Positions 1 to 8,852 of a stretch of DNA of 64,000 nucleotides are shown in pieces. Within the stretch, counting starts at the first letter, position 1. Every line of letters starts with the position of its first letter. The stretch comes from Promethearchaeota archaeon. GTDB taxonomy: Archaea > Asgardarchaeota > Thorarchaeia > Thorarchaeales > Thorarchaeaceae. The notes beneath the pieces were generated by a model. It had not been told where the DNA came from and ran no database searches. It worked only from the letters and a program-made list of their open reading frames with translations. The stretch is taken from assembly GCA_014730275.1 (NCBI GenBank), contig WJIL01000068.1:87527-151526 (forward strand), given 5' to 3'. Position numbers and translations under genes: made by a program.

Positions 1-732
1 CAGGGGTGGGATACCGTTTCATATCGAGAAGCAGCTGAAGAACTCATTGACATGGGATACGATCACATCGCAATAGGAGGGCTAACACGGTCGCCCACCA
101 CAACAGTTCTTGATATGTTGAATTCGGTTCACGGCGTCCTTGAGAGGTATGATCAAGATATCTCCGTCCATCTTTTTGGTGTAGCACGTCTCAAAGCCAT
201 ACAAAAACTAATACGATTAGGAGTGACTTCCTTTGATTCTGCATCATATCTGCGTCGTGCCTGGTTAGGAGCAGGAAGCAATTACATGATGCCCGGAGAC
301 AGAGGTTATGCTGCTATTCGCATACCCCAATCCGATCGTAGTCCTTCAGCACGGAAAATTTTGGAAACCGGCCAAGTCGATATTGACACACTTAGAGAAA
401 TTGACAGAGGGTGTATGAACCTGATGAGAAAATACGATCGGGGAGAAGCTGATATCGATGAAGTAATGGACGCTATTCTTTGGTATGATTCTATGCTTGG
501 AGATGATAGAGACCACGAAGAACACTACCTGAAAACACTGAAGGATAAGCCGTGGAAAGAATGTCAATGCGCAATATGCCAGAATATCGGTGTGGAGGTT
601 ATCATCTTTCGTGGCAATAATAGAAACAGGCGAAGGGGATTCCACAATACGAGGGTTTTCTATAACGAGCTCCAACGAATTCTTTCGCAGGAGAAAAAGA
701 AGAGCGGGCAGACTTTCCTCGACGAGTATTAA
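1..732 (+). CDS. tgt: tRNA-guanine transglycosylase family protein (queuine/archaeosine tRNA-ribosyltransferase-like), 5'-truncated by the window edge. Catalytic domain only, with no C-terminal PUA domains.
   Basis: Translation carries the TGT zinc site C-x-C-x2-C-x(about 25)-H (CQCAICQNIG...GFHN) and TGT-like core motifs (IAIGGL). The ORF continues upstream of position 1. The stop falls about 45 aa after the zinc site, so no PUA/C-terminal domains. Confidence 0.6.
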   Translation, partial: QGWDTVSYREAAEELIDMGYDHIAIGGLTRSPTTTVLDMLNSVHGVLERYDQDISVHLFGVARLKAIQKLIRLGVTSFDSASYLRRAWLGAGSNYMMPGDRGYAAIRIPQSDRSPSARKILETGQVDIDTLREIDRGCMNLMRKYDRGEADIDEVMDAILWYDSMLGDDRDHEEHYLKTLKDKPWKECQCAICQNIGVEVIIFRGNNRNRRRGFHNTRVFYNELQRILSQEKKKSGQTFLDEY

Positions 733-796
733 TCGGGGTTCTAACAAAACAACTGATACATATTTGAAGGAGAGGAGGTATGGTCTACTCTGGTGG

Positions 797-1309
797 ATGG
801 CCCCTTTGAAGTCACCTCATGTAACACATCGATTTGATAGTCCTGTAGTACTCAAGTTCACAGAATCAGTAATCGAATCATGGTATCCAAATGAACAACC
901 AATTCTTTTCGTGCCCTGTGCTAAATCGAAGCCCATACAAAACTCCAGGAGTCACAAACAGCTCTTTCATAGATTCCAAGACTGTTGCGAGATGCTCATC
1001 ATATCTGAACCGATGACAGTAATTCCCTATAGCTTCTTTGATTATCCAGCGTATGAATATCCCCCCTCTGCCCTTTGGCGAATTGAAGGAGAAGCTGAGA
1101 AATTCAAACGCAGACTTGCCCGATTCTTACAAAGAAAACGGTTGAACGAAAGGTGTTGTCGTTTTCTGTTACCTCAACATCACCTACTTATTCTCTGGGC
1201 CGCTTGGGAAAGAGCCTTTGGGAATGTGAAGAATCTAGATGGGTATGGCTATACCTATGCAACACGCTGGTTCTTTGCAAAAAAACTCATGCAAGAACTG
1301 TGTGACTAA
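797..1309 (+). CDS. Hypothetical Cys-containing protein immediately downstream of the TGT-family gene, possibly a TGT-associated partner domain.
   Basis: The 590..1309 ORF overlaps the tgt frame. The first in-frame ATG after the tgt stop is at 797, preceded by GGAGGAGG at 771-778. Motif [10 protein letters not shown] recognise no family with confidence. Confidence 0.4.
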   Translation: MAPLKSPHVTHRFDSPVVLKFTESVIESWYPNEQPILFVPCAKSKPIQNSRSHKQLFHRFQDCCEMLIISEPMTVIPYSFFDYPAYEYPPSALWRIEGEAEKFKRRLARFLQRKRLNERCCRFLLPQHHLLILWAAWERAFGNVKNLDGYGYTYATRWFFAKKLMQELCD

Positions 1310-2706
1310 ATTGGTTCGTACACGCCGCGCTCCTTGGCCCACTCAATGGTATCAGGATCACATCGTTTCAATTCTCGTTCAGGAAATGCACTGAGTAGAT
1401 TCCATCCAAGGTCCAAGGTCTCTTCAAATGTTCTATCTTCGGTTTCTCCCTGGTTGATGAAATTCTCTTCAAAGTCATCCGCAAAATTCAGGTATTTCTG
1501 ATCACGTTCCGTAAGTGCTTCTTCACCTACAACCGCAACAAGATCACGTAAATCTGTACCCTCTGAGTATGCATAGTACAGCTGAGCCTGTACCTCCTTG
1601 TGGTCGAAACGTGTCATACCCTCACCAATTCCTTCTTTCATTAGCCTACTCAATGAAGGACCCGGATCAATGGGAGGGTAGATACCCCTACGATGGAGTG
1701 GTCTTCCCACAATCATCTGTCCCTCAGTTATGTACCCGGTCAAGTCAGGGATAGGATGTGTCATGTCGTCTTGAGGCATTGATAGTATAGGCATTTGAGT
1801 TATTGTTCCTTTTCGACCTTTGATTCTCCCTGCGCGCTCATAGATCAGGCTCAAGTCTGTGTAAAGGTAACCAGGATAGCCCCGTCTTCCAGGGACTTCA
1901 TTTCTTGCGGCACTTATCTCTCGTAGGGCTTCTGCGTAGTTTGTCATATCAGTAAGTATCACAAGAACATGCATATCAGCCTCATAAGCAAGATACTCAG
2001 CCGCAGTAAGCGCAGTCCGAGGAGTAATCATCCGTTCAATTGCTGGATCATTTGCCAGGTTCAAGAACAGAGCTGTATGCTCTAGCGCCCCGGTTTCTTC
2101 AAATGTATTAATGAAATATTGTGCCTCTGTAGCAGTAATCCCCATCGCAGCGAATACTATAGCGAAATTCCCTTCTTCTTCAGTAATCTTTGCTTGTCTA
2201 ACAATCTGTGCAGCGATTCGATTATGTGGAAGGCCTGAACCCGAGAAAATAGGGAGTTTCTGGCCACGTATCAATGTATTTAGACCATCAATCACAGAAA
2301 GACCAGTCTGGATTGGTTGCCGAGGGTACTGTCGGGCGTATGGATTGATTGCAGAACTATAGATGTCCCGTTCTTCTTCCGCGGTTAACGGTGGGCCGTC
2401 ATCCAGAGTATCTCCAGAGCCATCCAAAACACGACCGAGGATGTCAGTTGATACAGGAATCTTGAGTGTTTCACCAATGAAACGTACCGAGGTTCTATCC
2501 GTATCAAGTCCAGTTGTGCCTTCAAAGACCTGTACTACAGCCTTACCTCTTCCAGTCTCCAATACTGTTCCAGTCAGAATCTCTCCATCGGGCGAGCGTA
2601 TTTTCACTACTTCATTATAGGCAACATTGTGAGTGTTCTCTACAACTAGCAGTGGGCCGCTTATGTCTACAACAGTCCGATATACGATTGATGTCTTCTT
2701 AGTCAT
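1306..2706 (-). CDS. atpB: A/V-type ATP synthase subunit B
   Basis: 466 aa, typical A-ATPase B subunit sequence throughout ([48 protein letters not shown]). Confidence 0.95.
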   Translation of the reverse strand: MTKKTSIVYRTVVDISGPLLVVENTHNVAYNEVVKIRSPDGEILTGTVLETGRGKAVVQVFEGTTGLDTDRTSVRFIGETLKIPVSTDILGRVLDGSGDTLDDGPPLTAEEERDIYSSAINPYARQYPRQPIQTGLSVIDGLNTLIRGQKLPIFSGSGLPHNRIAAQIVRQAKITEEEGNFAIVFAAMGITATEAQYFINTFEETGALEHTALFLNLANDPAIERMITPRTALTAAEYLAYEADMHVLVILTDMTNYAEALREISAARNEVPGRRGYPGYLYTDLSLIYERAGRIKGRKGTITQMPILSMPQDDMTHPIPDLTGYITEGQMIVGRPLHRRGIYPPIDPGPSLSRLMKEGIGEGMTRFDHKEVQAQLYYAYSEGTDLRDLVAVVGEEALTERDQKYLNFADDFEENFINQGETEDRTFEETLDLGWNLLSAFPERELKRCDPDTIEWAKERGVYEPI

Positions 2707-2717
2707 ATCAGAAGCCG

Positions 2718-2758
2718 CCTCAACTAGGGATACTGACCCTTTGCGGTCCTAGTTGAGG
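2718..2758. promoter_or_regulatory. Perfect 11-bp inverted repeat CCTCAACTAGG-N19-CCTAGTTGAGG in the atpB 5' leader and downstream of the membrane-protein gene stop. Hairpin or operator.
   Basis: Arms at 2718-2728 and 2748-2758 are exact reverse complements. It lies 12 nt upstream of the atpB start codon. Confidence 0.4.
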
Positions 2759-2793
2759 TATAGTTTTAAGAGTTGCGAACTACCCAGTTGAAA

Positions 2794-3303
2794 TCAAACC
2801 CAAGGGACGACATGAAGAAAAGCAAGGATAGACGCCAATACGAGCCCTCGTATGATAAGCGAGTGCCCCTTCGATTTGAGATCGATTGAACTTGGAGTGA
2901 AGTACAGAATTGCTCCAACGAGTATAGCAATTGCAACGATTATCTCTGCAAATAGTACAAGAACCGATATTACTTCCAGATAACTCAGTCCCAGCACATT
3001 ATACCATACTGAGCTAGCATTCTCAGGTGTTGCGGGGGTAACATTGCAAAAATCAGCGACTGCATGCACCACATAGGGGCCAACGAAATAGAAACCTATA
3101 CCGAAAGCAATCAAATGCTTTGATAGGCCATCGCTCAGTCCAGTTGCAAAAACCATCAGTCCTACGAGAATAAGTAAGAGATACCCTCTAGTCGATAATG
3201 CCAAAAAGAAATTCAGAAGCCAATTCATGATGTTGAACCACTGGGTTGGAGGCTCAAAATCAAATGGGAATTGGAGTAAAGGAAGAGGGAACATACATCT
3301 CAC
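2794..3303 (-). CDS. Hypothetical integral membrane protein (about 4 TM segments)
   Basis: 169-aa ORF with several hydrophobic stretches, co-directional and tightly spaced between udg and atpB. No recognisable family. Confidence 0.5.
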   Translation of the reverse strand: MRCMFPLPLLQFPFDFEPPTQWFNIMNWLLNFFLALSTRGYLLLILVGLMVFATGLSDGLSKHLIAFGIGFYFVGPYVVHAVADFCNVTPATPENASSVWYNVLGLSYLEVISVLVLFAEIIVAIAILVGAILYFTPSSIDLKSKGHSLIIRGLVLASILAFLHVVPWV

Positions 3304-3337
3304 GGGAAGCTATCTATAGAGAGGAATATAACGGCCC

Positions 3338-3895
3338 CTACATCAGTTCAGTTGCCAGCTGGTCAAAATCCTCTTCTATTAGCCTTTTATATTTGGAGAA
3401 ACGCAAAGCTGCAGCAGGATGATAAGTCATGAAATACCGATGGTTCGTATCATCGCAGAACGTACCATGAACACTGGATACTGTTGTGTAACCAAGCAAA
3501 GTGGAAATTGCAACGCCCCCAAGTAAGACAACAATATCGGGCTTAATCAGATTCAACTGTTCTTCAAGATATGGAACACAGGTCTCAATTTCTTCGTTCT
3601 TTGGTGTGCGATTATTAGGAGGGCGACATTTTATCACAGAGGTTATGAAAACATCTTTTCGGCTACAGGGGAGTCGATTTTCTATAAGGTCTGTTAGAAG
3701 CTTCCCGGACCGCCCGACAAAGGGTCTTCCCGTTTCATCTTCTCGTTTTCCTGGTGCTTCACCTATGAAAGCGAGCCTCGTATCTATGCTTCCCTCTCCC
3801 GGGACTGCATTCTTGCGGCCCTTGTGAAGAGGGCACTTTGTACATGACCGTATGGTTTCATGTAGTTTTGCTATTTTTTTCTTAACAGACATCAT
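3338..3895 (-). CDS. udg: Uracil-DNA glycosylase, family 4 (Fe-S type)
   Basis: 185 aa. N-terminal Cys cluster (CTKCPLHKGRKNAVPGEG), FIGEAPG motif, HPAAALR near the C-terminus. All typical of family-4 UDG. Confidence 0.85.
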   Translation of the reverse strand: MMSVKKKIAKLHETIRSCTKCPLHKGRKNAVPGEGSIDTRLAFIGEAPGKREDETGRPFVGRSGKLLTDLIENRLPCSRKDVFITSVIKCRPPNNRTPKNEEIETCVPYLEEQLNLIKPDIVVLLGGVAISTLLGYTTVSSVHGTFCDDTNHRYFMTYHPAAALRFSKYKRLIEEDFDQLATELM

Positions 3896-3950
3896 GTCAT
3901 TGTATCAGGCAAGGGTAGATAAACACACCACGTATGTTCTTAGTGGATAA

Positions 3951-5762
3951 TCAGGCAAAGTCAGACATAACAGTAGCCGATTCAGAGAATTCTCTAAACA
4001 GGGTCTTGAATTCTTGTTCCATCTTCTCTTCAATGGAATCCATAACGTCATTATAGCTATCCCAGGGAGCCAGTTTCATTCGTGCAATATTGTCAAGCAC
4101 GCTGAACTCCAATACTCTCCGTACGCTTACTCCAAGCTTGACTGCTTTTGACATATTCTTGGAGAATTCAATAATAATCCTGAGCATTCTGTATGTTTTC
4201 TCAAGGGGACAATATGTGTCTATTTCATGAAGGGCACTTTGCGTTAGGAAGTCCTCTTTAAGGATTGTAGCTGATTCAAGTACGGCTCGTTCGGACTCGG
4301 GTAAAGCATCAGGGCCGACCAGCTGTACAATTTCACGAAGCTCTTGGTCTTTCTGAAGAATCGCCATCGCTTCCTTTTCCAGCTTTGGCCAATCCTCTCC
4401 AAGATTGTTCTTGTACCAGTCTTTGAGATTTCCCTTGTAAAGGGAATAACTTTGCAATGTGTTGATAGCGGGGAAGAATCGTCGTGCGGCAAGATCCTTA
4501 TCAAGTGCCCAGAATACTTTAACGATTCTCAGTGTGGCCTGTGTTACGGGCTCGGAGAAATCGCCACCAGGTGGGGATACAGCCCCACATATAGTAACGG
4601 AACCTACTCGTTCCTCAGAACCTAGAACTTCGACTTTTCCTCCTCGCTCATAGAATTGGGCCAATCGAGAACCCAGATAAGCCGGATAACCTTCTTCAGA
4701 AGGCAGTTGTCCCAATCGTCCGGAAATCTCACGAAGAGCTTCGGCCCATCGGGAAGTAGAGTCAGCCATGAGGGCAACATCGTACCCTTGGTCCCGGAAA
4801 TACTCCGCTATTGTAACACCCACGTAGATAGATGCTTCACGTGCGGCAACGGGCATATTTGATGTATTAGCTATGAGTACCGTACGTTCCATCAAAGGCC
4901 GACCGGTTTGTGGATCTTCAAGTTCAGGCCAATCCTCCAACGCTTCAGTCATTTCATTTCCACGTTCACCACAACCAACATAGACAACCACCTGAGCATC
5001 TGCCCATTTTGCAAACTGATGTAGAGTCACTGTTTTTCCGGTGCCAAAACCACCAGGAATGGCCCCCGTCCCCCCTTTCGCTTGAGGCATAAATGTGTCA
5101 ATTACTCTCTGTCCCGTTACAAGAGGGGTATCGAGTTCGACGCGTTCTTTAAAGGGGCGCCTTCGTCTAACTGGGGCACGTTGCATCATGATAATCTCAT
5201 GTATTTCGCCTTTTTTATCCTCTATCTCACAAATAGAATCTACAACTGTGTATTTTCCTTCAGGTACAATTTTCGTCACCGTTCCGCCTTTTCCTGCAGG
5301 AACCAAAATCTTGGAAGTGATAATTTCATTCTCTGGTACTTCACCAAGAACATCACCTTCCACAACAGCATCACCCACCTCGACAGCGGGTTTGAAGTCC
5401 CATTCCTTCTCTCTGTCCAGACTTGGTACCGTTAACCCTCGGGATATGAAGTCTCCTGAGGCTTTTCGTAGCTCCGGAAGAGGTCTTTGAATACCGTCAT
5501 AAATGGAGCCGAGAAGTCCAGGACCAAGCTCAACTGAGAGTGTGTCACCAGTGGGTGCAACCGGTTCGCCAGGTGATACTCCGCTTGTCTCCTCGTAAAC
5601 CTGTACAGTGAAGTCCTTTTCGCCAACCTCTATTACTTCTCCAACCAGCTCTTCCTCTCCCACACGTACAACTTCATACATACGGACAGAGGGAATGCCA
5701 CTGCATGTGACAACAGGTCCGGAAATTGATTCGATTTGTCCAGTGCTTCTTGTCAGTATCAA
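3951..5762 (-). CDS. atpA: A/V-type ATP synthase catalytic subunit A
   Basis: 603 aa, Walker A GAIPGGFGTGKT, A-subunit-specific non-homologous region, end-to-end A-ATPase A similarity. Confidence 0.95.
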   Translation of the reverse strand: MILTRSTGQIESISGPVVTCSGIPSVRMYEVVRVGEEELVGEVIEVGEKDFTVQVYEETSGVSPGEPVAPTGDTLSVELGPGLLGSIYDGIQRPLPELRKASGDFISRGLTVPSLDREKEWDFKPAVEVGDAVVEGDVLGEVPENEIITSKILVPAGKGGTVTKIVPEGKYTVVDSICEIEDKKGEIHEIIMMQRAPVRRRRPFKERVELDTPLVTGQRVIDTFMPQAKGGTGAIPGGFGTGKTVTLHQFAKWADAQVVVYVGCGERGNEMTEALEDWPELEDPQTGRPLMERTVLIANTSNMPVAAREASIYVGVTIAEYFRDQGYDVALMADSTSRWAEALREISGRLGQLPSEEGYPAYLGSRLAQFYERGGKVEVLGSEERVGSVTICGAVSPPGGDFSEPVTQATLRIVKVFWALDKDLAARRFFPAINTLQSYSLYKGNLKDWYKNNLGEDWPKLEKEAMAILQKDQELREIVQLVGPDALPESERAVLESATILKEDFLTQSALHEIDTYCPLEKTYRMLRIIIEFSKNMSKAVKLGVSVRRVLEFSVLDNIARMKLAPWDSYNDVMDSIEEKMEQEFKTLFREFSESATVMSDFA

Positions 5763-5773
5763 CTACCTCCAAA

Positions 5774-6109
5774 TTAGAGTTTGACTTCAATGCCGACTGC
5801 TTTGCGAACGAGCTCATTGAGCATGGCTTCATAGGCTCCCGTAGCTCCACTGCGATCTGGAATAAGCAGGATAACTGGTACGGGGGCTTCTGATAGCTCC
5901 ATTATCGTATCTTCAACTTCCGAGGCAAGTGGCTCCGTTATCAGAATAAGACCCATACTGGGATTGCGAAAATACTCTCGAAGAGCTTCCCGTGTATCTT
6001 GCGGTGAATTGGGGATGGTGCAACGTTGGACTCCGGCCATCTTCAGGCCAGTAATTGTATCCCGGTCACCAATAGCCGATATCTCATCACTTGACATATA
6101 GAACTCCAC
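5774..6109 (-). CDS. atpF: A/V-type ATP synthase subunit F
   Basis: About 105-111 aa ORF directly upstream of atpA with a 12-nt gap. Sequence resembles the V/A-ATPase F subunit (ITGLKMAGV...ILLIPD). Confidence 0.75.
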   Translation of the reverse strand: MEFYMSSDEISAIGDRDTITGLKMAGVQRCTIPNSPQDTREALREYFRNPSMGLILITEPLASEVEDTIMELSEAPVPVILLIPDRSGATGAYEAMLNELVRKAVGIEVKL

Positions 6110-6120
6110 GCCACAATCGG

Positions 6121-6140
6121 ACTTCAGGCTGTGCTGAAGT
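6121..6140. other. Hairpin ACTTCAG-N6-CTGAAGT between the pyrI stop and the atpF start
   Basis: 7-bp perfect stem with a 6-nt loop, seen directly in the sequence. Confidence 0.3.
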
Positions 6141-6200
6141 GAAATCCTAAAAAGGGTTTGGAAAGAGTCGATGGGGGTGAGGAATCATTAGAATTCTTGC

Positions 6201-6761
6201 TCATCGCCGCTCCGTAAATTGCGAAATGATGTCGCTTTCTTCGATAAGAGTCCAGCAATATAGGCATTTCAACTGAGTTGGACACCGCGAAAGAACCTGA
6301 TACTTGGGTTCAATGGGTTCTCGTTCTTTGTTGGTAATGCAACGAGCGTTTGGACACTCTACAACATTGGTAATTCTGTCAGGAAGTTGAACACGTGTTT
6401 TTTTCACAACTTCTTCATTCTCAATTACGTTAATGGTTGCGTCTGGTGCTACAAGTGCAATCTTCGCAACCTCTTCATCTTCCAATATACGGTCTTCGAG
6501 TTTCACTATATCCTTTCTTCCGATGCGTGAGCTGGTGATATTCATGGCAAGTGTCATAATGTTATCTTCTTCACCGGTAATGCCAAGGATATTGAGTACA
6601 TCAAGTGCGTGTCCTGCCGCAATGTGATCTATGACAGTGCCAGCAGCAATTTTCACAATCCGAATTTTCTGGCTTCCTTCTTTAGGCACTGAGAGTTCCT
6701 CTTTTTGGTCTCTTCCCCCTGTCCTATCTTTTAGACCTTCCCATATTTGTTCTATCGACAA
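6201..6761 (-). CDS. pyrI: Aspartate carbamoyltransferase regulatory subunit (PyrI) with an N-terminal extension of about 30 aa. Orphan: no pyrB is adjacent.
   Basis: GTVIDHIAAG, GRKDIVKLED, ALVAPDATINVIENEEVV, and a C-terminal zinc domain CPNARC...CLYC. All hallmark PyrI motifs. Confidence 0.8.
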   Translation of the reverse strand: MSIEQIWEGLKDRTGGRDQKEELSVPKEGSQKIRIVKIAAGTVIDHIAAGHALDVLNILGITGEEDNIMTLAMNITSSRIGRKDIVKLEDRILEDEEVAKIALVAPDATINVIENEEVVKKTRVQLPDRITNVVECPNARCITNKEREPIEPKYQVLSRCPTQLKCLYCWTLIEESDIISQFTERR

Positions 6762-6837
6762 TGAATGAAAAATAATATCGCCATATAGGCGAAGCTTGAT
6801 ATTTGTATTTTCAAGACCTCAACGTGAGGTGCCCTAT

Positions 6838-8181
6838 TTGGTACTAGAAGGTCTTGGAAAATCACTCAACTCTGCATTGAAGAAACTCTTTGGTGCCGGA
6901 GTCGTAGATGAAGAGCTAGTGAAAGAGCTCGTCAAGGATATTCAGCGGGCCTTGCTCCAAGCTGACGTAGATGTTAACCTCGTGATGGCAATCACCAAAC
7001 GAGTTGAGGAACAGGCACTAGATGAAGATCTTCCACGTGGTATCTCCAGGCGCGAGCATATAGTACGTGTGGTCTGGGATACACTCGCTCATTTCCTCGG
7101 CGAAAAGCGGGTTCCTCTCAGAATCGAACCCGGGAAGCCCAATCTCGTTATGCTTGTTGGAATACAGGGTTCAGGGAAGACGACAACAACTGCAAAACTA
7201 GCCAGATACTTCCAGAAAAGGGGTATCAAATCAGGGGTCATTTGTGCAGATAATTTCCGACCTGGCGCATATAATCAACTCAAGCAATTAGCTGAGCAAT
7301 CAAATGTCCCATTCTATGGGGACGAAGACGAAGACAGCGCCGTCAAGCTTGCCAAACGAGGCTACAAAGCCATGAAGCAAGCTGGAGTCGAACTTATTCT
7401 CTTAGATACCTCAGGACGACATAGGGAAGAAACAGGCCTCATCAAAGAAATGCAGAACATTTCAAAAGCAGTTAAGCCCCAAGAAATCATACTTGTTATC
7501 GATGGAACACTTGGACAGCAAGCAGGCTCCCAGGCTGCAGCATTCAATGAAGCAACTGATGTGGGTTCAATTATCGTTACAAAATTGGATGGAAGTGCAA
7601 AGGGAGGTGGTGCACTTTCTGCAGTAGCTGCGACAGATGCTCCAATCAAGTTTATTGGCACCGGTGAAGATTTGGACGCACTTGAGCCCTTCAAACCTAC
7701 TAAATTCGTCGGCCGTCTTCTAGGAATGTCAGACATAAAGGGCCTCATTGAGAAAGTGCGCGAGGCGCAAATCGAAGTTGATGATGACGCTGCTATGAGA
7801 ATGATGAAGGGGCAATTCTCTCTGAAAGACATGATGGCTCAACTGAAACAGTTGAAGAAAATGGGACCAATAGGGAAGGTCATGGAGATGTTGGGATTGA
7901 AATATAAGCTACCAGACAATGTGGCTGAAATTCAGCAAGAGAACCTCCAGAATTTCGAAGTCATTATGAACTCAATGACCAAAGACGAACTAGAAGAACC
8001 GGATATCATCAAATCATCCAGAATTGAAAGAATCGCCCAGGGATCAGGTACTAGCAAAAGAGATGTTCGCGAACTCCTAAAGCAACATTCGCAAATGCAG
8101 AAAATGATGAAGAAACTAAGCAAATCTCGTCGCGGAAGAAGAGGCGGCATTCCGGGCATGGAAGGACTTCCAGGGCTCTAA
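6838..8181 (+). CDS. ffh: Signal recognition particle protein SRP54
   Basis: N, G and M domains. GIQGSGKTTT P-loop, DTSGR, TKLDG, Met-rich M domain with a C-terminal RRGRRGG. Likely start is the TTG at 6838 (MVLEGLGKSL); the ORF track starts it at 6796. Confidence 0.95.
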   Translation: MVLEGLGKSLNSALKKLFGAGVVDEELVKELVKDIQRALLQADVDVNLVMAITKRVEEQALDEDLPRGISRREHIVRVVWDTLAHFLGEKRVPLRIEPGKPNLVMLVGIQGSGKTTTTAKLARYFQKRGIKSGVICADNFRPGAYNQLKQLAEQSNVPFYGDEDEDSAVKLAKRGYKAMKQAGVELILLDTSGRHREETGLIKEMQNISKAVKPQEIILVIDGTLGQQAGSQAAAFNEATDVGSIIVTKLDGSAKGGGALSAVAATDAPIKFIGTGEDLDALEPFKPTKFVGRLLGMSDIKGLIEKVREAQIEVDDDAAMRMMKGQFSLKDMMAQLKQLKKMGPIGKVMEMLGLKYKLPDNVAEIQQENLQNFEVIMNSMTKDELEEPDIIKSSRIERIAQGSGTSKRDVRELLKQHSQMQKMMKKLSKSRRGRRGGIPGMEGLPGL

Positions 8182-8217
8182 GCGAAAACATTGTTTTGTG
8201 TTACTTGATGTGATGAC

Positions 8218-8784
8218 ATGAGGCGCCGATTCTTAGTTTCATTCCCAAACTTGCCCATAGACCGTGGAGATGTTAAGAAGGGGGCGAACAAACCGGCGGT
8301 GGCAAGGGCTTGTCGGTGTGTAAATGTTGGTTTGTTCCTTTCTCATGACCTGCGAAGAGATGTTGAGGTTCTTCTGTTGATTGGACCAAAAGAGAATTTG
8401 GGGTCAATAGCATTTCCCGGTAAAACACTGAAGAGAGTTGCACCCGATGAGAGGTCTGTATCATTCTTCTTACTCAAAGCATATAGAATCTTACAGGGTC
8501 TTCAACCAGATTCCTCTGAAACAATGGACAATGGCATAGTTGTAAGTAGGACATCATTGGATAAACTATACAAGTTCAATAGTTCAAAAGCAGTCTATCT
8601 CTCCAGAGATACGAAAGCAAGTCATCTCATTGGAGGCGGCATCAAACAGTATGCAGACTATATCTACGAGTGTGAGGAGGGTTATTTTGGATCACTTAGT
8701 CATTCTTCGCAGATCATCTTCAGACCCCCAAATCCGGAACGAATGATACTAGACGTGAATGTATACTGCGACCAGATGAAGTAG
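8218..8784 (+). CDS. trmY: tRNA (pseudouridine54-N1)-methyltransferase TrmY-like (SPOUT, DUF358 family)
   Basis: ARACRCVNVGLFLSHDLRRDVEVLLLIGP closely matches the conserved TrmY block (RxDxxCRCxxxxFFLSHDLRKDVEVYL). Confidence 0.7.
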   Translation: MRRRFLVSFPNLPIDRGDVKKGANKPAVARACRCVNVGLFLSHDLRRDVEVLLLIGPKENLGSIAFPGKTLKRVAPDERSVSFFLLKAYRILQGLQPDSSETMDNGIVVSRTSLDKLYKFNSSKAVYLSRDTKASHLIGGGIKQYADYIYECEEGYFGSLSHSSQIIFRPPNPERMILDVNVYCDQMK

Positions 8785-8852
8785 CATTAAGAAATCTTCA
8801 TAATGCTAAACTGAGAGTTTCTGTTTGATGACCAGAAGCGAGTGTGAACTGA

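Noticed and set aside
590-796. 5' portion of ORF 590..1309 overlapping the TGT gene in another frame
   Set aside because: It overlaps a well-supported gene. A strong GGAGGAGG SD plus an in-frame ATG at 797 after the tgt stop gives a more plausible start.
1515-2702. Four antisense or alternative-frame ORFs (79-85 aa) inside atpB
   Set aside because: Embedded within a highly conserved ATPase gene on the opposite strand. No motifs, low-complexity composition.
4244-5626. Multiple 60-131 aa ORFs inside or antisense to atpA
   Set aside because: Shadow ORFs of a conserved gene.
7362-8159. Antisense ORFs (156 aa and 75 aa) inside ffh
   Set aside because: Ser/Ala-rich shadow frames of SRP54.
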